A DNA stretch of 52,864 bases from a virus (taxonomy: Duplodnaviria > Caudoviricetes). Under the pieces are notes generated by a model that was given only the letters and a program-made list of their open reading frames with translations, made no database searches and was not told the origin of the DNA. Shown here one piece after another: positions 10,083-17,917 of this stretch. The stretch spans positions 1 through 52,864 of the IMG/VR virus record IMGVR_UViG_3300030419_003351. The stretch is one strand, 5' to 3'. The position numbers and the translations under genes are program-made. Each line of letters begins with the position of its first letter. Within the stretch, counting starts at the first letter, position 1.

Positions 10083-10098
10083 TGGCACGACTTTTGCA
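10083..10098 (+). promoter_or_regulatory. sigma54 (-24/-12) consensus site
   Basis: TGGCACG-ACTT-TTGCA, full match to the consensus. Confidence 0.55.
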
Positions 10099-10217
10099 CC
10101 CCGCCCCCAAAATTTTATAAAACGAACAATACAATCTCAATACACAAAACCAAAACCGGCACGCAAATAAGATTCCATAATAATATTTTATATTCTAAAG
10201 ACATAACCAACACCTAT

Positions 10218-10251
10218 AAAAAACCGGCGACCCCCGGAGGGGTCAACCGGC
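10218..10251 (-). terminator. intrinsic terminator
   Basis: Minus strand: GACCCC-TCCG-GGGGTC hairpin, extended by flanking CCGG pairs, followed by a T-tract. Confidence 0.7.
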
Positions 10252-10268
10252 ACACACAACACGAATGA

Positions 10269-10547
10269 CTAAGCCGGTAGGAACGGCGAAACCAGAGAAC
10301 CCACAAACGGGATTTTGATTCCCCAATTCTGACGCTCTTTGTAGAACGCCTTCATACCGTCACGGGTTTGCACCGTGTCAAGGTCTCTCGACCGTTTGAA
10401 CTCGGGGTCATGCTTGCGGTATGCTCCCGTGATGGTTTCCCAACTGAGCGGGTGCTTGTTGGTATTGCGTCGGGATTGTAAAACACCCCAACGAAACTTT
10501 GCACCATCAACCGGCTGTTTGTAACTAAATAAAACTAAACTTTTCAT
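10269..10547 (-). CDS. hypothetical protein
   Basis: 92 aa, AGGAG RBS. Confidence 0.6.
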   Translation of the reverse strand: MKSLVLFSYKQPVDGAKFRWGVLQSRRNTNKHPLSWETITGAYRKHDPEFKRSRDLDTVQTRDGMKAFYKERQNWGIKIPFVGSLVSPFLPA

Positions 10548-10620
10548 CTTTGATTCGCTCCTGCAATTAAAAAACTTAAACCACTAAATAACGCTGCTAT
10601 TAGAAATAGATATAAATATA

Positions 10621-11403
10621 TCAACTCATCTTCACCTTTCTGCTATAGGAATGTTTAACCTTATCTCGTTTGAGAACCTTTAACGCTTCCGCTGCTCTTG
10701 AATCTTTTGGCTGTGTGCCATGAAGCAATAAAGCAAAATCGTTGTTTCGTAATGATGGACGGGCTGCGTGACTATCATCATGGTCGATGTCTAACCCTAA
10801 CGCTACCGCTTCCGCTTCGCTATATACTACCTTGCTTGAACGTAAATCAAACTCTTCGATTAAGTGGTCATGTGTTCCACCGTATGAAGCAGTTAAAACA
10901 AAGTTATGCAAAACAGGAAACTCGTTGATTGCAAGCCAGAACCTTAGCGATTTGGTATAGGCGTAGAATAGCGTATTAGGATTGAGTAGGGCGATTGTAT
11001 ACCACGCTTCCATGTACTGCTGATTGAAGAAATCACCCGCAACATGAATCCGAACAATACCGGCATTGGCGGGTAATGATTGATTGATAACGTCAACCAT
11101 CTCACCGCATGATAGTTTACGCAACACGTCAAAATTATGCTTGCGTAAATTGTAAACGCCGTTATACTGTACTTCCTGAGAAGCTGAGAAGCAACGGAAC
11201 TCTGTATCTTTTCCGTCTTTGATTTTACGTTTGCCGTTCGGTTGGACTACTGCCTTTGATAGGCATTGTTTGGCAAAGGGGCAAGAGAAGCCACTGAGAA
11301 GGTCAAGAGAATAAACTTTTTTCTTGTCGGTCAAATATTCCGATAGTTCGGAAACTTGTTTTAGTGCTTCGATTTTAGCATTGGCATTTGAGAATTTTAG
11401 CAT
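10621..11403 (-). CDS. GP88-like phage protein (Cys-containing)
   Basis: SCPFAKQC, RIHVAGDFF, FYAYTKS motifs typical of the GP88 family. Confidence 0.7.
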   Translation of the reverse strand: MLKFSNANAKIEALKQVSELSEYLTDKKKVYSLDLLSGFSCPFAKQCLSKAVVQPNGKRKIKDGKDTEFRCFSASQEVQYNGVYNLRKHNFDVLRKLSCGEMVDVINQSLPANAGIVRIHVAGDFFNQQYMEAWYTIALLNPNTLFYAYTKSLRFWLAINEFPVLHNFVLTASYGGTHDHLIEEFDLRSSKVVYSEAEAVALGLDIDHDDSHAARPSLRNNDFALLLHGTQPKDSRAAEALKVLKRDKVKHSYSRKVKMS

Positions 11404-11500
11404 TGTGATTCGCTCCGTGTGTTGTGTGATACTTCTCTATTATACTATATATTATCGGAATGTCAAGAGGTAATCTTTAACTTTTTTCCGTTTTTTTGTA

Positions 11501-11655
11501 TGGCGGACGGGGTGGGGAATCGAACCCCACACATGTAGGCACTGAGTCGGATTAGGTCTGAGCAACCCCGCAACTTTCTCGCCCATCGCGTCCGATAGCC
11601 TTTACTCGTTGTCAATCCTGTCAGTGTCTCATCCTACAAGACCACTTCCCGAACA
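11501..11655 (-). ncRNA. tRNA-like structured RNA with 3' CCA, no canonical anticodon arm
   Basis: 3' end GTGGGG-TTCGATT-CCCCAC-CCCGTCC-GCCA; long interrupted helix; dedicated promoter 11661-11688; no ORF. Confidence 0.7.
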
Positions 11656-11786
11656 CTTCCATTATATATTATATCGGCTATTTGTCAAGGGGAACTTCAG
11701 TATTTTCTCAAAAAAAAGCAAAAAAAAATTTTGCGGCCCGCCCACAAAACCTGCTTTGTCAACCCCAAAACCTTAAAAAAATCGTG

Positions 11787-11820
11787 AAAAAGGGAAAGGG
11801 GCATTGCTGCCCCGATCCCC
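11787..11820 (-). terminator. intrinsic terminator
   Basis: GGGGCA-GCAA-TGCCCC hairpin followed by TTTCCCTTTTT. Confidence 0.7.
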
Positions 11821-11844
11821 CACAACACGAAAGGTTAGCTTTGT

Positions 11845-12048
11845 TTAGAGTGAAGCCACACACTTTGCAATGGACAATGAGCGAATTTGCCCATTATTTT
11901 CCTGAACGGTGATACCCCGTCCACTCGGCCCTGTAAAGCTGGCGAGCTTTTTGCCCTCAACTTTTCGCAGGACATTCTTTTTTCCTCCTACAGGATAGAG
12001 GAAAGAAACTTTGCGTTCGTTACGCTTACTATAGAGATCGTTCAACAT
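11845..12048 (-). CDS. hypothetical protein
   Basis: 67-aa basic ORF, last gene before the terminator. Confidence 0.6.
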   Translation of the reverse strand: MLNDLYSKRNERKVSFLYPVGGKKNVLRKVEGKKLASFTGPSGRGITVQENNGQIRSLSIAKCVASL

Positions 12049-12193
12049 TGATAAACCTTTCTACTTGTGAAAAAGAAAACTGTTTGACACCTTCCGCAGT
12101 GTCGATCAAAACATGGTCGCTCTTTATGGCAACAACCGTTCCAGCGGGAAATTTAGTACCGATTCCCACAATCGGCTTTTGACTACTACTCAT
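12029..12193 (-). CDS. small hypothetical protein
   Basis: Start MSSSQKP overlapping the upstream stop. Confidence 0.55.
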   Translation of the reverse strand: MSSSQKPIVGIGTKFPAGTVVAIKSDHVLIDTAEGVKQFSFSQVERFINVERSL

Positions 12194-12422
12194 CTTCTGA
12201 TGACTCCTCTTGTGCAAGTTTATGAGCTTCCTCGACTCGTGAAGCCGCAAGTTCTGTCAGCTTATCGCCCAACTTCTTGTGAAGCTGTTTCATGACTTCC
12301 TCTGACATCGTGAAGACAACCTTGTCTTCTCCTGCGTAAAGCTCTACTTCGTTGTCGGACTTCCAAGTGGAAACATAGCTGTGTGAGATCTGTCCAAAAT
12401 CTACTGTTTGTGAAATCTTCAT
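12186..12422 (-). CDS. hypothetical protein
   Basis: 78 aa, AAGGAG RBS. Confidence 0.65.
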   Translation of the reverse strand: MKISQTVDFGQISHSYVSTWKSDNEVELYAGEDKVVFTMSEEVMKQLHKKLGDKLTELAASRVEEAHKLAQEESSEDE

Positions 12423-12444
12423 AAGACTTCTCCTTTCAAAAATG

Positions 12445-12530
12445 TTGCGGATGCAGTGGCTCTTAACCCTAACTCACTTGCTTGATATTATTCGCCTCAA
12501 GACGGGCGGGTGAGTTCCAGTTCCGTGTCG
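12445..12530 (-). ncRNA. candidate pseudoknotted 5' leader RNA
   Basis: Helix 12471-77/12510-16 enclosing crossed pairs 12481-85/12497-501 and 12493-96/12505-08. Confidence 0.4.
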
Positions 12531-12566
12531 TGTTACACTACCATTATACTATAATTATCGTCAATG

Positions 12567-12734
12567 TCAAGCGGTTTCTTTAGCAATTTCCAGAATAATT
12601 TTAGATTCTTTTGCAAGTTCTGAATCTTTGTCGATATACAGAGAACCTGCTACTCCCTGTTGAGCAGCACCTACGCTTGCCGCATAACGAATTTTACTTT
12701 TAGTTTCTTTGTCTTTGAGGAATGTTAAACTCAT
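12567..12734 (-). CDS. small hypothetical protein (55 aa, MSLTFLKDKE...)
   Basis: AAAGG RBS, open frame; not in ORF track. Confidence 0.55.
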   Translation of the reverse strand: MSLTFLKDKETKSKIRYAASVGAAQQGVAGSLYIDKDSELAKESKIILEIAKETA

Positions 12735-12753
12735 AACTTTCTACCTTTCAATG

Positions 12754-12906
12754 TTAAACATCTGCTTGCCACGCACGACGTTGTGCTTGGCGTGTACGGA
12801 TTCGCTTAGGCCGGTTGTCATGCACTTGATGCGTGTTGGCCTGATGGCCGACTGACGGTTTCCCGACCTTAATCTTGAGCGTTATTGTTTTCTTGTTGTT
12901 TCTCAT
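12754..12906 (-). CDS. small basic protein (50 aa, MRNNKKTITLKIK...), probably leaderless
   Basis: ATG 6 nt downstream of the -10 box at 12913-12918. Confidence 0.55.
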   Translation of the reverse strand: MRNNKKTITLKIKVGKPSVGHQANTHQVHDNRPKRIRTRQAQRRAWQADV

Positions 12907-12989
12907 ACTCTTATTATACTATATATATCGTCGTTGTCAAGTCTTTTCTTTAATCTTTTTTGAATTTTTTGCTGACTTTGGCTGACTGG

Positions 12990-13268
12990 TCTATATCTGG
13001 CGGTTCTCGGGAGAGATAGGATAAGACAAGCATCACGATGGCAGGCCATTCCATCTGCACCGTAGTTTGCTGCGTCCCTTTTTAAGTTCACTAGGAACCG
13101 GAGTTGACTTACGCCTCGATGCACCCCTAAATCGTCTTACCGATCCTGTCCTTACGTAATGGCTACAAAGGCCTTAAAGGGGTTGTGATGTTGTCTCTGT
13201 GTAAGACGCCTCTTTCGAGGAACCAATTCCAGCGGCGTAGTTCCAACTGGGTTGTAGCTGACTTACTC
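12990..13268 (-). ncRNA. candidate large structured ncRNA
   Basis: Own promoter 13273-13300, no credible ORF, several 6-8 bp complementary blocks and a CCTC-GAAA-GAGG hairpin. Confidence 0.55.
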
Positions 13269-13421
13269 CTCCATTATAATATATATCGGCCAAATGTCAA
13301 GGGTATCTTTACAAAATTCTCTAAAAAAAAGAAAAATTCTTTGCGTCGTAAGTCCTTTAATAGCAAGGGTTTACAGCAAATTGCGGGCAGCCCCCATTTT
13401 TTGACTGGCTACCGATAGGAG

Positions 13422-13580
13422 CTAATTACGTTCACGGCGAACCAAACCCAACCGGCGGATAAGACGAACCATAAAACTGATTTTAGTCTGTCGTTCATTT
13501 TCCAATCTCCTTTTTTCAATATTTTCTAATCGTTGATAGTAACGTGATAATTCTACTGCGTGTGCTTTTCTCATTCTCAT
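13422..13580 (-). CDS. small basic hypothetical protein
   Basis: Start MRMRKAH after a G-rich RBS. Confidence 0.45.
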   Translation of the reverse strand: MRMRKAHAVELSRYYQRLENIEKRRLENERQTKISFMVRLIRRLGLVRRERN

Positions 13581-13652
13581 ATTAACCCCGACACTATACA
13601 ACCGGCAACGAAAGCCAACAAACAAAACCATAACGCATTCATCTGCTCTTTA

Positions 13653-13940
13653 TTATATTTCATTTTTCCATTCCTTATAATCTTCAACTGTCATAAAGGT
13701 CATCTGTCCGGCGTGATTCAACAACCACGGAAAACCAAATTCATCTTCAACCCATAGGTCTAACAATTCTAAATTTCCACTCGCTGCGGTTTCTTCCATA
13801 ACCTCACTAGGCACGGCAACCTTCATAGAGCTAATCGGCCCAGAACTTTTACCTTCCCATTCTTCTTGAGGTTTTAGAATTCTTGCAAGCGTAACCATCA
13901 TCACGCCCATACCATAAACAGGACTATAATCATCGTGCAT
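13653..13940 (-). CDS. hypothetical protein
   Basis: Start MHDDY after GGAGG RBS. Confidence 0.6.
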   Translation of the reverse strand: MHDDYSPVYGMGVMMVTLARILKPQEEWEGKSSGPISSMKVAVPSEVMEETAASGNLELLDLWVEDEFGFPWLLNHAGQMTFMTVEDYKEWKNEI

Positions 13941-13941
13941 C

Positions 13942-14307
13942 TTATTCTTCCTCCAAGTCATCAGCGTCAATCATACCACTATTAACCATACCGCCAACGA
14001 AAGCCATCATATTTTTATGAAGCTGGATTTCATCCTTCTCGTTTTCGCTATAGTCTAATTCACAATCAATATCACGACCATTAACCTGTTTGCGTAATCG
14101 TTCAATATTACGAGCCTTTAACGCTTTAAGTTTTTGGTGTGCGGTTTCCGTATCCGCTTCATCTTCGCACATCTCATTTAATCGTGCAAGCGTGCGACCA
14201 CCACGAACATCATCATGGAACTTTTTGGGAAGCCACTCATTAGGCACGACAATCATTTCCTGAGTAGCGACTTCCAACTCTTTCAACATTTCTTCAACGC
14301 TTTTCAT
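13942..14307 (-). CDS. hypothetical protein
   Basis: Start MKSVEE after AAGGA RBS; promoter 14336-14364. Confidence 0.65.
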   Translation of the reverse strand: MKSVEEMLKELEVATQEMIVVPNEWLPKKFHDDVRGGRTLARLNEMCEDEADTETAHQKLKALKARNIERLRKQVNGRDIDCELDYSENEKDEIQLHKNMMAFVGGMVNSGMIDADDLEEE

Positions 14308-14839
14308 AATCAATTTCCTTTGTGTTATGCTTCCCATTATAATATATATCGGCACATTTGTCAAGAGGTCTTAAACTCTTTTTCAATTTTTTCCAATCTT
14401 TTTTCTATGTCGTTCCATATGAACAAACCACCGAGGAAACCACCCATGAAGCAAATGCAAACTGTAACCATAATTAAACCTTTCATTAATTGTTATACTA
14501 AGAGTATACCATAATCATCGGCATTTGTCAAGGGGTATCTTAACTAATTTTCATAAATTTTTAGTATTTTTGAAACAGCCCAGCCGACTGGCAAAAGCAA
14601 CGCCGGAACGACCACGAACATCATAAACTCATCATTTTCAAATAAACTCATTTCTTCACCTTTGCAAATTTAGATTGTGCTAGTTTTTTGTGTGTCTGTT
14701 TGAGAGTACCCTTTGCAAGGCATCCCGTGAATATATCCGCGTGCCGCTTGAGACTCGCGTTGTGTTTGGCTATCGCTATTTTTTTATTGTTTAGCATGTC
14801 TTATCCTTTCCTGCTATATATATATTATCGCACATGGGT

Positions 14840-14858
14840 GTGACACGTTAGGTCACTG
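14840..14858. promoter_or_regulatory. palindromic operator-like site GTGAC-N7-GTCAC, copy 1
   Basis: 19-bp identity with 16838-16856. Confidence 0.55.
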
Positions 14859-14938
14859 CCGACTGATTTTTTCAAAAAAAAGGGAAAAACTTTTTGCGGG
14901 CCGCCCGCAATTTTGTCAAGCCCCCTAGAAGGGGGAGG

Positions 14939-15127
14939 TTAGCAGAAAGCACACTCGTCTAATGTCGGCGTGTACTCTCCGCCTTGCTTGCCGCACTTGG
15001 GACAGATGTCGCTTTCATCTAGGACGATGAACAAATCATCCTCTAGCTCCATCTCCTCCTCGCACCACATCCAGTACTGCAAGGAACCGTCATCTTCGGG
15101 TTGAAAATTTTCGTCGTGATCGTTCAT
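14939..15127 (-). CDS. small acidic Zn-finger-like protein
   Basis: CPKC...CAFC with acidic N-terminus. Confidence 0.55.
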   Translation of the reverse strand: MNDHDENFQPEDDGSLQYWMWCEEEMELEDDLFIVLDESDICPKCGKQGGEYTPTLDECAFC

Positions 15128-15217
15128 GAATCCACTCATCAAACAAGCCAAGTAAAACGGGAAAGGTGACGGCGGCAACCGTCGCCCATTCCCAAAAGGT
15201 AATCATTTCGCTGCTCA

Positions 15218-15502
15218 TCAGTCCCAATCCCTCAAAGCGTAGTTTTCCCATTCGGCGGCGTACATATCCACCGGATCGTAGTCCGTGTAATCGTCGTCCC
15301 ACGGCTCCTGTGGGTACAGACTCGGATCTTCATCCATCTCCGCATAGAAGTCACGATGCGGATCGAAGTCCGAAGGCTCAAGCTCAGGCTCCGCAGCCTC
15401 TTGCTCCTCAAGCCAAGCGGAGTACTCCTCCCAATCGGCCTGTGTAGGCTCGTAGGAAGCAAGTTCGTCGGACTGGATAGAAGTGTCAAATTTAGAGAAC
15501 AT
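15218..15502 (-). CDS. highly acidic hypothetical protein
   Basis: 94 aa, about one third D/E; GAAAGG RBS; promoter 15543-15570. Confidence 0.7.
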   Translation of the reverse strand: MFSKFDTSIQSDELASYEPTQADWEEYSAWLEEQEAAEPELEPSDFDPHRDFYAEMDEDPSLYPQEPWDDDYTDYDPVDMYAAEWENYALRDWD

Positions 15503-15666
15503 AGAAAAACCTTTCAAAAAGTGATGTGTTTTGTATAACCCCATTATACATAATATCGGCAGAATGTCAAGGGGTTCTTTAGAAAAAAATCAAAGTTTTT
15601 GGTAATTGAGTGATTTCGACAGAGCTTACCAAACTCCACACCCCCGAAGGGGGACGGTGCGATCAA

Positions 15667-15882
15667 CTATTCCTCTTCAGGAAACATAGCGTCGAAGCAA
15701 GTATCGCAGGTTTCGGAGATTAACATCTCTCGATCCTCTGCACTCAGGTACGGCATAGCCGCCTGAATTAACTCGCCCTCTTGCCAGCGTTGCCAATCGT
15801 TAGCATTGAAGCTAATCTTTTGACACTCGCCGCACAAGCGACACTGAGCGTTGACCGTCACGTTCAATCGTGTTGCGATCAT
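15667..15882 (-). CDS. Zn-finger-like protein, probably leaderless
   Basis: CRLC...CDTC; ATG 6 nt downstream of the -10 box at 15889-15894. Confidence 0.65.
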   Translation of the reverse strand: MIATRLNVTVNAQCRLCGECQKISFNANDWQRWQEGELIQAAMPYLSAEDREMLISETCDTCFDAMFPEEE

Positions 15883-16163
15883 GTCTACATTATACCACAA
15901 AAAGTTAATCTTGTCAAGGGTAAAACAAAAGAATTTCAAAAAATTATTGTAAAACTTCTGCACCCAAAAAACCAACAAAACAAGCCATCAACAGTAAAAC
16001 AAAAAACGTCATATCAACTTCCTCCTTTATATAATATATATCGGCACAAGTCAATAGCGATCTTGAGAAAAAATCAAAAAAACAGCAAAAAAATTTTTGC
16101 GGGCGGGGCACAATTTTGTCAAGCCCCCTATAAGAGGGCCTGAGCTATGTCGGAATTCTTAGG

Positions 16164-16445
16164 CTACGACGGCAGGCATCCGTCAAGGATACCGCCGTGA
16201 GCGTCAAGCTCTGCCTGTACTACTTCAACCGGCACCCAACCATAAACGGTTTCGGTGTAGTCGTGATCGCCAAAGCATTCTGCATAGCTGCGTAGCTCTG
16301 CTGTCTTGGGCGTAGTAGATGGAAAGCCACACTCTACCGTAACAGGTACGCCATCGGTGTTACGCTGTGAGTATGCACCTTCGTGAGCCTGTACGCTAAT
16401 GTTGAAGCCATCGGTGCAAGTGATTCTAGGATTGTGAGAGAACAT
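16164..16445 (-). CDS. conserved phage hypothetical protein
   Basis: C.DGF.ISVQA...VECGFPS...VYGWVP...HGG; start after GAAAGG RBS. Confidence 0.7.
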   Translation of the reverse strand: MFSHNPRITCTDGFNISVQAHEGAYSQRNTDGVPVTVECGFPSTTPKTAELRSYAECFGDHDYTETVYGWVPVEVVQAELDAHGGILDGCLPS

Positions 16446-16542
16446 ATTAAAACCTTTCAAGTTAAAAGAAAAACCGGAATCTTGAATAGCCTTAACCGGC
16501 GGGCTATGCTTGCGACTAGGGCAAGGCTTGCGGGTTAAACCC

Positions 16543-16782
16543 TTAACCACCTGAATCAACTCGGTAGGTGATACCGCACTCGTTACAAGTGTGTTGATTG
16601 TAACACGTACCAAGATTGGTACGAGTCATATTGTAATCTCTTACAATTTCCGGCGTACGAGTAATGACACCGTTCACAGTACTGCTCATGATAGTCTCAC
16701 GTTCAGTACCACACTCGGCCAAGTGCCTAGTGTATTCTTTTGGCTGTTCTTTCCAGCCATTCATAGTTCCTAAATCAATCAT
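16543..16782 (-). CDS. hypothetical protein with C-terminal CxxC
   Basis: Start MIDLG after AAGGA RBS. Confidence 0.55.
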   Translation of the reverse strand: MIDLGTMNGWKEQPKEYTRHLAECGTERETIMSSTVNGVITRTPEIVRDYNMTRTNLGTCYNQHTCNECGITYRVDSGG

Positions 16783-16837
16783 AACAATTCCTTTCTTTTG
16801 TGTTGTGTTTGTCATATTATTATTATCGTCTATGGTC

Positions 16838-16856
16838 GTGACACGTTAGGTCACTG
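16838..16856. promoter_or_regulatory. palindromic operator-like site GTGAC-N7-GTCAC, copy 2
   Basis: 19-bp identity with 14840-14858. Confidence 0.55.
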
Positions 16857-17067
16857 GAACGTACTTTCCTACAATTTTTTTCCACTTTTTCATAACGTAG
16901 TCATATTGGCCGGTTGTCTCTGGATTGCTGATGCAGTTGCCAGCTTCGTTGACACTACTGCAAATGATGTATTTGCCGTAGGTGTTATGACGCACCAAGT
17001 ACCGCATACCGGTTGGGGTGTCTTTGATCATTCGGATCTCGTAGGGTTTCATTCCGCGTAGTAACAT
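16846..17067 (-). CDS. hypothetical protein
   Basis: 73 aa, AAGGA RBS, promoter 17093-17121. Confidence 0.6.
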   Translation of the reverse strand: MLLRGMKPYEIRMIKDTPTGMRYLVRHNTYGKYIICSSVNEAGNCISNPETTGQYDYVMKKWKKIVGKYVPVT

Positions 17068-17130
17068 TTTATTTCCTTTGTGTTATATTTTAAGTATACC
17101 ATATAAATCGGCTTTTGTCAAGCCCAATCT

Positions 17131-17307
17131 TTATTTATTTATGGTATTTTGTAAGGTTTTTTTTCTGCCCCACAATCGTTGCAGGTCATTCATTAGACAG
17201 TTTTTATTCCACTGTCCTAATTCCTTATTGTAACGAATCAAAGTTTTTTCGATTCGTCGGTCAATTTTGAACAGTTCTAGTTTAGCGTTTTGTTTTGTAA
17301 GAGTCAT
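17131..17307 (-). CDS. small helical protein, paralogue A
   Basis: MTLTKQNAKLELFK...ELGQWNKNC...LQRLW; promoter 17333-17361. Confidence 0.7.
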   Translation of the reverse strand: MTLTKQNAKLELFKIDRRIEKTLIRYNKELGQWNKNCLMNDLQRLWGRKKTLQNTINK

Positions 17308-17652
17308 TTTATTTCCTTTCGTTGTGCTTTTCATTATACTATACTTATCGGCTTTTGTCAAGGGTATTCTTTAATTATTCTTAAAGTTTTTTTAATTTAT
17401 TTTTTATTGCCGATTGTTATTTCCTTATTAATTATATCGACATTATACCATAAAACCTTTAACCTGTCAAGGCCGATTGAGCAATTTTTTATAAAAAAGA
17501 CAAGATTTTTTTTTGCGGGCGGGGCACAATTTTGCTGTGTATACATACCCCCATAGCCCCTATCAGGTTTCTTAGGCTGTGACACACCATGTGGCCTAGT
17601 CACTCGCTCCCTAAATAGCCTAGACACTCGTGTTAGATAGGCTAAGACAAGC

Positions 17653-17880
17653 CTACTCATTAGCTGTGCCGTACTTCTCGAAGTACCGAGCCATCGCATC
17701 CATCTTAGATTGTGGTACTTCCACCACACTGATAACCTCACAGCTATCATGGAAATCGTTATAGCGGAACACTGTTTCACCGCTATCATTCTGACGCAAG
17801 CTGTCGCGGCTTACGTGCTTGTGTGTAACTTCATTGCCTCTGATTGGACAAACGATTGTAACGTCAAAGTGTTTAGTCAT
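17653..17880 (-). CDS. hypothetical protein
   Basis: 75 aa, AAAGGG RBS. Confidence 0.6.
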   Translation of the reverse strand: MTKHFDVTIVCPIRGNEVTHKHVSRDSLRQNDSGETVFRYNDFHDSCEVISVVEVPQSKMDAMARYFEKYGTANE

Positions 17881-17917
17881 GTATTCCCTTTCGTTGGAAT
17901 GTTGTTTAGTTAGTTAG

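Noticed and set aside
11501-11593. Canonical tRNA or tRNA-Sec gene
   Set aside because: Acceptor-like and T stems exist, but no anticodon stem-loop can be drawn; kept as a tRNA-like RNA instead
12903-13418. ORF-track ORFs 12903..13124(-) and 13185..13418(+)
   Set aside because: No RBS, and both run across promoter sequences and A/T tracts; the region is better explained as RNA plus promoters
13942-17361. Long N-terminal extensions given by the ORF track (e.g. starts at 14364, 15978, 16613, 17361)
   Set aside because: The extensions translate promoter or intergenic sequence; downstream starts with an RBS or leaderless geometry fit better
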